Positions 13,001 through 28,000 of a DNA stretch of 64,000 bases are shown here, in pieces. The number at the start of each line of letters is the position of its first letter. Positions within the stretch are counted from its first letter, which is position 1. The DNA is taken from the NCBI GenBank assembly GCA_044892525.1, contig CM097885.1, forward strand, positions 253,084,001-253,148,000, in the 5' to 3' direction. A model generated the notes under the pieces. The model made no database searches. It saw only the letters and a program-made list of their open reading frames with translations, and was not told where the DNA came from. A program made the translations under genes and the position numbers. The DNA is from Schmidtea polychroa. Its lineage: Eukaryota.

Positions 13001-16000
13001 TTTTTAAAAAGTATGCATGTGATTACTGTCAGCTTCAAAGTACATCTATGTGCTGACTTAAACACTTTCCATTTCTGGAAGCAGGCATGAAACTTATTAA
13101 CCAAAAGTACTATTGAGTAGTTGTTTCAAGTCCTGTTGGATATCAGTTATACTAGCATATCTTCGTTATTTCAGCTCAACTCTTAATTTTGAAAATATTC
13201 AGTAATCACGAAGAACTGTATTAGGTGAGTAGTTAATGAGTAGTTACTTCTGTTTATTCTTCAAAATCCGAGGCTGAAGTATTTCAATTTGTTATCGAAT
13301 AATCTGCATTTTTTCAACTATTCAAGTTATGTCATCACATATTCTTTTCCATCATTTGATGTTTTTGGCTACCCAAACTCATTTGACTTCGCATCTTACC
13401 ATAAGCGACTTGCAACATTTGAAACATTATAGGAGCCTTATATTTAATTAGCAACCATTAGTAACCTTGCACTTTATTTAATTCAATAATATTGTATACA
13501 CGAACACTCGTGTGATTTCGTTGCAGTTATTTTCAATGGTGACACTGCACTATATTTCGGGAATTAAATTACCACACATTGTATTGCTTAAAATTATAAT
13601 TAGGTTCCGATTGTATAGGTTTACTAAACATATTTTTTATTATATGTTCATGTAATGAACTAAAAGAATAAAAATAATCGCATGAGTCTCAAATGTCATG
13701 ATATGCGAGGGGAATTCTATGGGATTTAATATGTTCCAAATGATCTGCAATATTGTTCAATAGCTATGTACACCACTTTGAAAACCTGTGAATAAATTAA
13801 ATCGGGTTGACAAATCGTCCTAACTCGAGAAAGTCATAAGTTAAAAATTAAATTTCATTTCTTACTCTCTTAATGATTGTTAACCATAATTAAATTTCAA
13901 TGTAATCACGTTTTTATGATCTCTAGCTCAGTATAATGGTACTTAACCCGACAAAATTACAGGATTATTGTAGTGAACATATATATGATTTTCAAATTAG
14001 TTCTCAAGTTCTTGTAAATTATTAAATAATAGGATATGTCGAAGCAGCATAAACCACATGGTTATGAATTAAAACACTATGAAACATTATTTATAATATG
14101 TTCCTGTATTGTTCATTTAATTTTTGTCCAGCATTGAAAATTATATAATTTGGTACTTTATTTTCAATATCTTCAATAATTTTTCATGTAACTTTGTACC
14201 ATAGGAAGAATAACTTATAAATCACATTTTTTATTTATCCTATTTGATATATTCTTCTAATAAAGAAATCTTTTATTTTATTTAACATAAATATTGCCTT
14301 TCATAATCTATATAGATACGTTGAATCTTTCCAATTTTTGCTGACGTGTATTTTAAGGTATAACTCAAAAAATGCAGTTATTAGTTCATTTAACACGTTC
14401 GCTGCCGAGCGACTTTTTCAAAAAATGGTTCACCGCGACTTCTAATATTTTATTAAACGAGTTCTACGATTTAACTTATGCGTTAATAAAATCATTGCAT
14501 CGTCGTCTCAGGAAAACGCTTTTGATACAACAAATTGGATAAATTACGAATGTTTTACGTTTCCTATCTTGTGTAAATCATTTCTCAGACATTGTGGTGT
14601 TCAATCTTTACTGACCATAAGCACAGTTTTTAGAATACTTATAACACTATTTTACAATCATTTCTAGCTCCGTGTTGATATCTTATCAATTTGCCATGAT
14701 CGCTCGTAAAAATTGTCAATCCCGTTGAGGCAAAATAATTTATCCATCAAGTTTTATCTTTACGCTTTACTGATATTTATTATTTTACAATAATTTTCTA
14801 CAGCGGTAGAAAATTGTTTTCAAATTCTCTTGTGATCTTGCAACGCACTCCTTTGATTGTTTTAGACAAATAAATTTCAATTATTTTACTAAATCATTTC
14901 CATTTACTACATTTGTTTAAAGCCGAAAATGTCGATGCCAGTCATTGATAATTCATCAAATTTGATGAACAACCCCAGCATGGTGAAAGTGAAATCCGTC
15001 AGCGGTAATCTATTAGAAATGAAAGTAAGTTCTTGAAATTGGCTATGTTTATTATTGAAAATTTTACTGTTAATTATGCGCTCCTTGATTAAATTGATTT
15101 GCTTATGCTTATCCAGTCTTATTTAATTGCGTGTGAATCTTCCATAAATTCAACCTTGGACAATATAGTAAATATGGTTCCTACTAGTGGTGGTTCATTG
15201 AATCAACATCAGGTAAATCCGGTATGTTTCGGTTTTATGTAGCAACCCGCATCTCTTTGAACATTTGAATATACTCGTATTTGCACTATGCCAAGGTAGA
15301 AATAGCTTTTATATAGCATGCGTGTCGTATGTGAATTTTGTGTTTTCCCGTACCACAACAATATTTTGTATAAATATTTTACCTACAAGGTCTTAGATAA
15401 ATATTCTACACCATACTAAAAGAGATTATAATAAAGGTTAAGTTAAGTCAAGTTATATTAAAAAAAAAATATGTCGTATCCGTTTATTAAATAAATTTAA
15501 GGTTCTTTTAGAAATTTTGTAGATTTGTGTTCTAAAATATTGAAACAATTACTTCTCTGTGTTTTCAACCACATGTGGAAGGATATTAATAGCATGTTTA
15601 AGTACTCTAATAAACATAAGGTTTTTTTAATAGAAATTTTCGTTGTTTGGTGTAGTTTAGCGAAAGAGACGCGGCTTTATGTGTATGCAGTGAAAATAAG
15701 TGCATTTTCCCATTAATTATGGTGTTGCTTGAAAAGCTGTTTATAAGGTTTTCTAAGCCTGTTATTGATTATTTTCGGTGTTTAATTTTTTTTTCATTTT
15801 TTACTGAATTACAATTTTACTAAATTTTAATTTTCCCTTTAATTTATTGATTTCAGTTGTTTATAATAGTTATGCTTTTGGGGTGATACTTTTATTAAAT
15901 TCCTAATTATTTTTATTTAATCGTTTGCATTCACTAATAAATAATATATGCACTGCCTATTTTAATTTATACGTCATAATTATGATGCTTTTAGACAAGT

Positions 16001-19000
16001 TTTGGTTAATAATTAATGCTTCTCCGATATCAATATATTTTTCCCGTAATCCTTATTTCAGTCAAAATTTACATTATAAACATTGTAAACCTGAGGAAAA
16101 ATACCAGATCAGGCTTTACTGGACTCAATTGTAAACTTTATCTGATCTTTCCGAATATGCATAGCTTATATTGTTGAGTGCAAAAAATCATTATGTACCT
16201 TTTCTATATTGAATCTGCTATATGCTAATATAATATCAGTCAAATTCGTGTGGCAGTTTAGATAAATTGTAAATAAATTAGATGAGAGTTGAGGAGTGTG
16301 TTTTTGCATGATTAATTTATTGTTCTCCATTTCTTTATGCCTCAGATATTCAATTACAATCACTGTTAATGTTTTAATAATATGGAATAAATTTGAGGCT
16401 AAATTGGAATCGGTCTGTATTAATTTCTATTGTGTACCTTGGCCAAAACCTTAAAAATAAATTGTATTATAAATTCAATAATACTAAGTTCTTTCGCATA
16501 AAATATAGAAATGTTGTTTTTTGAATTGCTTCATTTTACATAGGGATCGCCCTACGAAAGGTGATCAAGTAATACTGTTATTAATGTGAATGTAGTTAGA
16601 ATATGTATGGAGAATTGTCAATGTCATTTATCCATGCATGAAAGTATTATCAACAGCATTTTGTAGGCAATAATTATTTGCTATCAATGAGGCTTTAAAC
16701 TCAGTATATAATACGTTACCATACCTCACATACAAATTCATCAAAATATGGGATAACTATTTTCTTATATTACAAATGAAGTTACAAAACTTTCTACAGG
16801 TAATCAATCGAAATTTAATTACAAATTCCTGTTTGTAGTATTATTTATAACTAAACCCCCATTAGAAATCAGCCATTCAATCGGCATGCATAGTCACGAA
16901 TGCAAACCCAATGTCTCCGAGTAGACCACCAGTTCATCATCGGCATTCTACAACTCACGAACCTAATCATTACAATCAACTCTGTGAACTCATTTCCAAC
17001 AATAGTTCAAATCCGGTAACACCGATAGAAAAGTATCCGCGTCAGGTTTGTTTTAATAGCATCAAATATAAAAATTATATGCCAGGACTGGGTCGATATG
17101 AATAACACTAATTGTTATTGTCGATATTTATTTATTTGATTTATTTTGTGATTTGCATGTTATAAGATTTTAATTTCAATCTATTAATTTTTCTGAGGTA
17201 CGAAGGATGAGTAGCATGACTGAAAAGGTAATGATTTTTGATAACATTAACATTTCATCAAAGGAACCTAGTCTTTTTAATACAATATCTAGGGCCGACT
17301 CAAGCTCCTGTATCGCCTAATTCAAAATTTATTGTTTCTGCTTACTTCATATTTATATAATCATTATTTTTATTGCTCAGTTTAAACGCAGAACAATACA
17401 ATTTCTGGCCTTTATCATTATATTCATTTTGCAAATGCTTGAGTCGACCCTGATAACAGGCACCTATAACCAAATGGAATTTTCGTGCATTTTGACAACT
17501 ATTGCTTTTTCATTTGTTTTTGTTTATTATTTTTATTCGCATATTTTGTATTCGTTGTTTTTATTTTTCATTTATATCTAAGGTTTTCAGCCCGGTTAAG
17601 AAATTGTTAAATCTCGTATCTAATAATAGAAAAGTATGACGGGTTTAGAATTAATATAGAATTTTTGTTTCAGTTATTTTTATAAGCCAGCTAAATTATT
17701 ATCTTGGTGATATGTTTTTAATATTTTTCAGAATTTGATGGTTTAACAATAACATCAATTTTCAAGGATAGAAGGAATTGGCTGTTTGATGACTGAAAAG
17801 TTCTGCCATGGGCTACTTTGTCAAACAAAAAATTTAAAAAATTGATAAAATGTATATGTAAATTGAAAATACTTCAGGATTCTAAAGATACACAACATGC
17901 ATCATATTTTGATGAATCTTTGTTACCGTAAAATTCGAAATGTCAAGTAGTAGCTAGAAATGTTGAATACTACGATAACAAAATTTCATCAAAAAATAAT
18001 TTATGCTGAAGAATACTGGAGTATTTTCAAGTTACATATACCTTTATTGAATTTCTGTTTTAAACCATATGAAGCTTTTACCAAAATATAATACACTCTG
18101 TCGCAAAAATAACCGAAATGAATTAGTATACAAATTGGCAAAAACATACATTTGTTTGTCATCAATCAATATCATAATGTTTTTATCGATCTACATATTA
18201 TTGCAATTATAATATAAATAGGCAAACAATTTTACTTCCGTAAATATTCAGGCGTTGCAACTAGTTGAAATGAAACACTTATAAAAGATGTATTGTGGAA
18301 TAATTGGTCTTATTTATTCAAATTATTTGCCTTCTTAAGAAATAGTCATTTGTTCGTTCAACAAGTGCATAAAATGAGTGTTTTATGTCGTTGATTGGAA
18401 TATTGTTAAGGATAATTTGCATGTTTTAACAGATGGGAAAGGTTTTGAGAAAGGAAAATAATTACACTGAACCAATTATGATCCATCCAATATCAGATAT
18501 CTTGAAGAAAGTCTTGTAGGAATAAATCTTTTAACAGAATGTGTTATTATAATAATTATTATTATTTTATAGTTTAGTTTCTTTTGAATTCTATTGTTTT
18601 CCAGTAATTTTTCAACTATTATTGAGTTTAAAATATTGTTTTGATATCCAAAACATATTCTAGAAGAAAAATTAATAGATCACAATTGCACGCCTGAATT
18701 ACAAATTTTGGCACATCTCGACATTGAAAATGAAGGTTTTTGCATGTAAATATTACTTTTTTTGCAAAAGAATCAGGAAAGGTAACGTAAAAAGGATATG
18801 AATTACATTTTTTATCTATTATTGTATTCCTCTGGCAGTTATCGCATTTTTTGTTTATTTGTAATGGTGATCATTTGTGCGCATTTTGTGCTTCTTGATT
18901 CGTGCTTGTCGAATGGGATTTTGTTTTATATAGTTTTAGTGAATGTTTTTAATGGTTTATTATTTTTTAATAGCTTTTTTTTTAAGTTCACGTTCGACTC

Positions 19001-22000
19001 GCTAGATAATGCTATGAAATCTTCAAGTGGTTTGGAACTGGATAAACTCAGTGATTCATCACTTTATACGAGAGTTTTGGAAGAAATGATGAGTCCTCAG
19101 TAAGAAATTTTGTGTTGTGATAATTAATGAATTTTCGAAATTCAATTCAATCTCACTCATGCTTTTAAAATTGAACATATTCAAAAACAAATATTTTTTT
19201 CTTGTAGTCTTAGTTTTTGACACATTTCAGTAGGCATTTCATAGTTCCAAACATTTTGTTCTGGGTTTCTTTCCCATTGACTTGGCTTCCAACTTTTTTT
19301 TTCATGATGGATCACAATTTCTATGGTGATATAGATCTGTTTGAACGGGTTTTTATTGGATTTCTGGATACCTGTAATCGATTGAAAACTTTTATTCTTA
19401 ACAAATTTTACGTTTTTAGTGTTTTAACATATTCAATTACTGATTTTTCCAGATTATTTTTAGAAATGTGTTAATATGATATGAATTCTCTGAAAATATT
19501 TTTTGCAACCGCATTTTATTAAAATCTTTATATTGACAGGTTACATCTACATTATTGCTACAAGCTTCCCAGCCTTTTCGGCGATATGACACATTAAATA
19601 TTATTATGGTGACAAACGTTACAGCTCAATTTAAAGCCCAATTATAATTTATTACACTTAATGTACAAATTAAATTAAATTTTATCCAAAATTATTTGAG
19701 ATTGATTTGTCTATTTTCACCATTTCAAAAATTAAGATGTAAGATTAAAGTAGTAATTATCCCACTTTAAAATTATTATCTAGAAATATTGCATTAAAAT
19801 CTATTTAATTTTTCAAATTTGATCCTTTTTTACGACTTAGTTCATCTTTATTCTTACAGATTGTAGATTAAAGTGTTCAATGGCAAACGTTCTGATTTGT
19901 AGTTGTAGCTATTAAATCCCAATTTTTCAAATCGGTCAGTGTTTAAATAAGCCAAATTTTCTGTGTTCAATTGAGCTAGATTTTCAGTAAAAAATTTAAC
20001 ATTCACAGTGGGACCTAACTGTTTGGATTGTACTTGTCTGTTTTAGAAACATTCATTTTTTCATGCACTTTTCTATTTCACATGAGATTTTCACTCTAGA
20101 ATCGACACTGGTAAATTTTAATTAAATTATATGAAAATACAGTCGAGCCCGCTTTAGTTGGATCAGGATATCTTGGATTTTGACGTCTGTCGTAGTGTTT
20201 TAAAAACTGAATTTTTTACTTTACAATTCATATAAATTTTTTACAACTTAAGTCGTATTTTTTCTACATATTACGTTCATTCACTGTCAGTACTTGCAAG
20301 AACAACAAGAATTTTGTAATATCTGTGAGTAACTGTGTAATATTTTCCTCGACCAGTTGCCTTCAATAAATTCATAGGTAGATGTCGATTCTGGTTGTGA
20401 GTGTACAAAAACCCTGACAGAATTATCGGAAACTGAAATCGTAGACTGTTTTAAATCGGAATTAGACAGATGACGATGGGAATGAATAGGAAGATGAAAT
20501 TGATGAATTGTCGGTACCTAAGATTTTGGTGGTTAACCATTCATTTAAAACAATCGTGTATTTTGCCCTCACAAAAGACCAGAAATTGTTCGTAGATGAA
20601 GTGAGTAAATTTAAATAGAGATTTGAAGCATTTATTACCAAGCTTCCGAAAAACCAGAAATCAGTTATGGACTTTTGATTGTGGACTATCCACCCATGCA
20701 GAATTGGTTAAGTAATAACATAACAATGAAATGAAAAGTCATTCATTTTTATTCTATATTAAATCATCTATAAACAAATAATACGGCCAAATCAATCTGT
20801 GGTATAAGTCGTATTTGAGATAAATCGTATGAATTGTGCCATTCCTATCAAATCCGACTGTATATATTTTTATACAATAATAATAATTCTGCGTTGTGGT
20901 GGTTGATTCATATATTCATTGTGTAATAATGTGTGAATTATAACAAAGCTATTAATTCTCTACTTAATTTTGAGGACTTAATAAATAGTTAGTAAATTTT
21001 GATTTTATTTCCATTTTTTAGGAATGGTTTGATATTTTTACAGTCTCCGGAATTTCCTAATGAATATACGTTCACTTCATACGAAGCTGTCAATTGGTGC
21101 ATTAATAAAATTGACAAAATTAATGATGTCAAATCAGCTGTAACATATCTTCAAGTAAATATCCTCATGTTCCCTCTTTAGTTGTGTCTTCATTGGTAAC
21201 GATTTAGAAATTGATGAATTTAAAATATATATTTCATGCGTCGGAATATTCTTCTCATAAATTTGTCTACGGATTTGTGTTTTATTGTTTGTGTAATCCA
21301 ACAAAGTTTCTAGGAAATGGCTGGTTAGACGTGCGAAATATTAGCAATGCGAATAGCAGCAGTAGCTCGCTCACGAATTTAGCTACCGATGAATCAGGTT
21401 GAATTTTCATTGGGATTCGTTTTAATGAAATGTTTGACTAAAATTAGATAATTTTTTTAAATCAAAGAAGAATAATATTGAATGGGTGGAAGTATATTTA
21501 TCCTCAATAGAAATTGATGGGAAATCTGAAAGAGATTGGTACTCTGAATATATAGAGAAACCGTTCACTGTAAATAAATTGAAATATTATTACTGTTATA
21601 ATTGTATTTTCTAAAGGGATTTCATTTGTCTGGAGATTATAAACCTGTTGATTCTTCCCATAATTTTATATTTTTGATGAAAAACATTCCGGAAAAATAT
21701 CTCATTAATTGTTTAACCCATAAAAATGTTCAGGAATATATTGGTAATTCTCATGATCCGGGAATGCTATTTGGTATTATTAAATTTATCATTTCTGATT
21801 TTATTTATGGTTTCCATAGAGAAAAATGGAATTTTTTATAAGAAAGTCGTTTTGGATATTGAAAGTGAACAAGGTGAAAGAGCAGAATGGGGAGTGTTTC
21901 AGTATCAAGCTAACTACCATCCGACTATGGCGTTCGAATTTATGCTACAGTGGCTGGTAGCTACTGGTGGTAAATTGGCAGAAAAGGTTTTTTCATATTC

Positions 22001-25000
22001 TAGTTGATTAATTTTTGGTTTTCATATAAAAAATTGTTTCGAATTTTCGGTAGAGTGTTTATCAAGTGTTAGTTAATTCATTTTATCTTATTTATTATAC
22101 CCAGGAATAAGAATTTTTTTAATTATATTTTAGATTAATTTTATTGATTAATGATATTACTAAATTTAAAGGAAATCAATTAAAAATTATTTATAAGACT
22201 ATATATCAAAACAATATCGTGTACTTTATATATTCTTTTGATATATAGTCTTAACATTAATATGAAAATTATTGAATTAAAAAAAGATATAAAATCAATT
22301 TCAACATTACCTTCTCGTTTTTTTCAATAATGGAGTAATTTCTTCAAATCCTTTTCTTCGAAAGTTAATCTTAGTCTTTTAAATAATTTTGATCCGAAAT
22401 TTCGTCATCTTTGCTACGAGACTTTTCATTGAAATTAGCTCGAACTATTACTTTTACGTTGACTGTTATCCAATTAAATCCAAATTATTTTAAAAGTCTG
22501 CTGTCGTGTAATAAGATTTAGCAACTATTAACATCAAATAATTATTAATGGAAAGTAGCCAATTCACACTTGCATGATGTATTATTATTAATCATTGGGA
22601 TTAATAATATACAAGGGCATAATCTGAGGATCAAGGAATTCGTATAGACCAGGGGTGCCCACTAATTTTTCTAGGAGAGCTACATTCACATCCAAAATGT
22701 GTATGCGATCTACTTTTTTAATACTTACATAATATTTAAATTAAACTAAATAACATTTTGGAAATGGTGAAATCAAAATTAAAAAATGTTATTTAGTATT
22801 ACCATAGAAATGGAACACAGAACATGAAAATTGGCAAAAAAATTAAGCATAAAACAGAAATTTTATATAAAATCTAAATTTATATAAAAAATATTTTTTT
22901 ATGAAGATCTACTAAAAAAATCCTTCGTGATCTACCGGTAGATCGCGATCGACCTTATGGGCACCCCTGGTATAGACCAGTTATATACGTTTGTCGTTTG
23001 CATAAGATAATATATGCTTCGGGTGAATAAAGTATTAAAGTATTACATATTATATATTTCTCAAATTTATCATGTGCTGGGAAACTTTATTTTTCTCAAG
23101 ATTTAAGAAATGCCAATTGTGTTGCAAAGGTCGCATAGCTATATTCTTTTAAATTAAATTGGAATTCCATTAGAAACTACAAGATTTTTGGAATTCGGTA
23201 ATCATTACCATGAGCATTGTGAAAATTTCAAATGTTTTAATATGTTTTTAATATATAATTCTTTGATTCCGGAATTTATTTGGACTACACTCGTAAAATT
23301 CTTAAAATGAAAGACATACAAATAAATCTTTGATGCATTAATTTGAATTATTCCAGCAAGTACAAGAATATTAAATGGACCTTATATCTAGTTGTTCTTA
23401 CATCAGCGACTACAAATATGTTCAGTGTGATTAGTTAGTTGAAAGAACTATTTGTGTTAAATTTGGAGATTATAATCGATATTAAAATAATTATATTTAT
23501 GATCAACAGTTACATCAATATTAATAATTACACGCCTCAGTTTTTTTAATTTTCAGAAAACCGAAAGATTTTAAAATTGTTATTAATAAATAAATCTTGG
23601 AAGAAATATATACATGACATTTATAATCGTGTATTATTGGGATATAAAATATCGGGCTCAGACCAACCAAATTTCTTTAAAACAATTACAATAGGTAATC
23701 CCAATTATTTTTTTAGTTCCTGATTGTAATACCAAATATTTCTCAAATTTATCATGTGCTGGGAAACTTTATTTTTCTCAAGATTTAAGAAATGCCAATT
23801 GTGTTGCAAAGGTCGCATAGTTATATTCTTATATTATGTTCAAAGTTGAAAATATTGAAATTTTATTTTGTATAATAAAATGAACTAAATTCTTACCATT
23901 AATAATCACATAAATAATGGTCAATCAGCAAGTTCCCTTGAAATATGACTATGTAAACTCACTGGTGACATTCAATAGGCGCTTGATATTAATATAATGT
24001 TGACGTGATTCTAGGCAATGTATATGCATTCAAATGTAATAATTTACCAGTATATATATATATATATATATGAAATTTTGACAGAACTTTCAATATATAT
24101 ATAGGAACATTTTTCAAATTTCATCACTGATTTCTTTTCCATTGATATTGTATTTATTAAAATGCCCGATGACTGTGAATCAGTAAATATATCGATGTTT
24201 TTGATATTCACGAATTTTCGGCACTGCCTTTTTAAGTGAATAATGATATGGATTTAAATATAAGTAAAAAAGCCAAATTCAATATATATTTAACGACAAT
24301 ATATATCGACAGACTCATTGTCTTCGTCAGGTAGAATTGAAATTCCAACTAAATTAATCTAAATTGCGCTTTTTAAATTATATTTTGTTGAAATTCTGTT
24401 TTCTTAATACAAAAATTTTAAAACTTACAAAATTGTGTTTTAACTGATATTTTTGTATTTGGAGTGTTATACAATTTGCGTAAAGATATTAAACAAAAGT
24501 TGTGTATTCAATGTTTTAAGGTGGTTTCTAATTCCGGTTTTTATAACTTCTTGTTTGTTAGTGGATTTCTGTTCTTGGTTATGAATATTTATGTCATGGA
24601 TGGTAGACCTCGCACATTGGAATGACTGTCCGTCATCTCCGATCTCAAGTTCTTGATCACTATTGACTGAAGGAATTGATTAATATTAGTAAACACAATT
24701 TTTATCAAAAATATATTGAAATAATGTTTGATTTCAACTTTTGTAAGTTTTAAAATTTTTAAAGGTTTGAATTGAGAAAATAGATTTATATATATATATA
24801 TATATATATAGTTAGTCAGTCAGTAATACAGAAATTAGTATAAGGTCATTTATCTAGAACCTAGAATACAATAAATTGTTTATCATATTTGAAATTTTTG
24901 CAAACAATTATTGTTCGATTTCTTGGAATTAACTTGAAATGTGTTGAAATAAATCTTAAGATTTGTCTTATTTGAATGGAAAAGGAAAGGTATTTAATTA

Positions 25001-28000
25001 AAATATTCTTTTTAGAACTTAAGCACTGAGATAGTAGCATTACCTTTTACTTAACTAAGTGGGCTGTTATCTCTGGTTTTTTGCTCAAACTGCGTTAAGT
25101 TTTCTTTAACCATCCATCGATGTTTACCTGTTAATGAATTTTAGGATTCGCTTTAGTATTTAGAAATACCCGAATAAACTATTTCTTAATTTTTGGGTAG
25201 ATGTGTTAAGGCATAGCTGTTTGTAGTTCGATGCCTTTATTTGTGTTATTTATATGTCCTAAGACATATAATAATCAACTCTAAAAATAAAGCCAGCGAA
25301 ATCATCAACCTACTTCTTTATTGGCTTGGCTTTGTTAAAGATTTTTTAACAAGAGGAAAATGAAAATTAATTCTTTAACTATTTAAAATTAAAAAAACGT
25401 CAAAGTATGAAAATTATCATAGTTTAGAATTGTTTTTAAAAAAATCACACTTTGAACTTTTTAATTAATTTCTGAAACAGAATGAAAAGGATTATTACAT
25501 AATCGAAAATTCTCATCTCATAAAACTTGCAGAAAAGGCTTATAATGTCATTTATTATTTGTTTAACATTATAAAGATTGTAATGAACTGTGAAAATTTA
25601 CTTTAATTTAATAGCGTTATAAACTAGATATTGGCTGAGATATATATCATTTTTGTAGATAATTTTTTCGATTTTCTAAAATTAAATAATTTTACATATA
25701 GATTAGTCTATGGAGTAAGAAAAAACCCATTCTTCAATTAGTTCCTGTTCCTTGTGACCCATTTGCTCTCCCTAGTTCTATCAATTCAGATCCTTTGCGT
25801 GGACCAATTTTTGTACCCCTAAATATTGAATGTTTGATAGAGAATGCAGATTATTTCAAATCATCTCACCGTTCTATTAATGATACAATTGATTTCTTAT
25901 TTGATGGTTTGTATTTGGAAATATCGAGGAAATTTATTTTTTTATAATTTATTAGAATTTTCAGATGAAGAGAGATTATATAGATTAATGTTATTGCAAG
26001 AAGCTATTTTGAAAAGGTTTGTTTTGATTTTTTATTTTATAAATATTAACTTTTTATAACATATAAAATTACTATCTTAAATTAAATCATTATTTAAAAT
26101 TACTAATCGATCGCGGAATTATTGATAAAGACATAATTTAAATAAATAAATACATTCGCAGCAAAAGGCTTAAATTATCATTTAATTGTTTAAAATTTAA
26201 TTAATGCTGCTACCAAGAAATCATCACTTCATAAATAGTTAAGCCATTTGAAATTATTGCGTCTGGAATAGATTCTGTTAATTCCAGTACGAGCTTTTAA
26301 CCTATCTTTCTCTCTTTTCGTTTCCTTTTTCTTATTCTTCACTTGATTTTTAGCAAACATAACAATTTAAGCAAAAAGTGAACAACATGAAAAAGAAAAT
26401 TTTTAATTAACTAGAGTTAAAAGTATCATTAAGTTGTCGTATTTGAATCAACAGTGGTAATTTTATATTTAAATTTTTTCAAATAATAAACACCGTCGAA
26501 ATAGCTTGCTTATTTTTTTATTTAAATTATGATATTATATTGATTTATGTTCTTATTAATAAAATAATCAATTTGAATGAAATAAAAATAAATAAAACTA
26601 GAAAAATAGGTTTTCCTTCATAATGTAGTAATTTTAAAAATATTTTGCAAAATCCTCGTTTTGTCGAGATTTGTTGAACTACACTTTCTATGGAATTTTT
26701 TCCCAAATTAAATAATGCATATAATCATATTTCCTATTCCTAAGTTGATAAAAGAATTAATTTATATAAAGAAAAAGTCAAAATCATAAACCAATCCAAA
26801 ATTTATTTTCGTAAAATCTTAATACTTACAAATATTTGGAAAGAAAATCATTTTTTAGCAATCACCAGAAGTTGTTTTTTTAAACAAAAATGAAATTTCT
26901 AAATCTTAGTAAAAACCAAAATTTTTATCATTAAATAGTGACATACAATCATTTTTTTACAAAATTTTAAAAAATTTTAATTATTACAATTTACAAAAAT
27001 ATCTCAAAATGTCATAACAAATTTAATTAGGATTAATCACATAAAAGAAAAAAACAAATCGGAAAATATATTGATTTATTATTGAAATCTAAATGAATAT
27101 AGATGAAATTCTATTGTATTTAATTTATTTTGAAATTAATCAATGATCAATTTCTTAATAATTATCTGTAGTTGTTTCTGATAATTGGATTTTCATCAGT
27201 TAGAATGCTGTCTGCGACTAGATAAAATGTTTAGAAACCTATTCCAAATTGTCCCATCATTAAAATATCACCTGCAGCATGAAGTGCTCTTGTGAATGCC
27301 TTAGTTCCAGATCTAGCGATTGTTTTCAAATTGTTAATCAAATCTGCCTTTGTCATTCCGATTTTAGTGTTAATAATATTTAAAGTTCTAACATTTTTAT
27401 CGGAAATAATTTTAATCATTAACTCTTTGGCGGTATCCAAAAGTATTTATGTCGGAATAAAAAGAATCGTTAATAATGCTGAACAGTTGGGTGATTTCTG
27501 CTTTAAATGTAAGCGTCTCAGAGTCAATCGTTGTTTTCAAAGCGATGATCATCTTCTTTTCATTATAATTCATTTATACTAGTCGATTCCAGAAAATTCA
27601 ATTTAATTTCCAATTAACAAAGAAAAATTCGAGATTCCACGAATTGAAACAAAGTTTAAGAATCCTTCCAGAACAAAAAAGGCATGCGCACATAGACGCG
27701 ACAACATCAGATCGGCTTTTTTTTTTCTTTTAACGTTTCCCTTTATGGCGTTATTCAAATTTTAAATAAGTGAAGTTGACTTAAGAGAATGAGGACTCAA
27801 TTGGGATGATATTATTCAGCTTTTAAACTCACACTTCGTTTAATTTTAAGTAAATGTGGTATTACTGTATATCAACCCGTGATCCGCGAAAAAAATGACA
27901 TTTTATCTTTAAATTTGCATTTAAGATACATATCATCAAAAACCTCAATTAATGTTTTTATAAGATGATTCAATAAGAAAGCCGTTACACATATATATAA

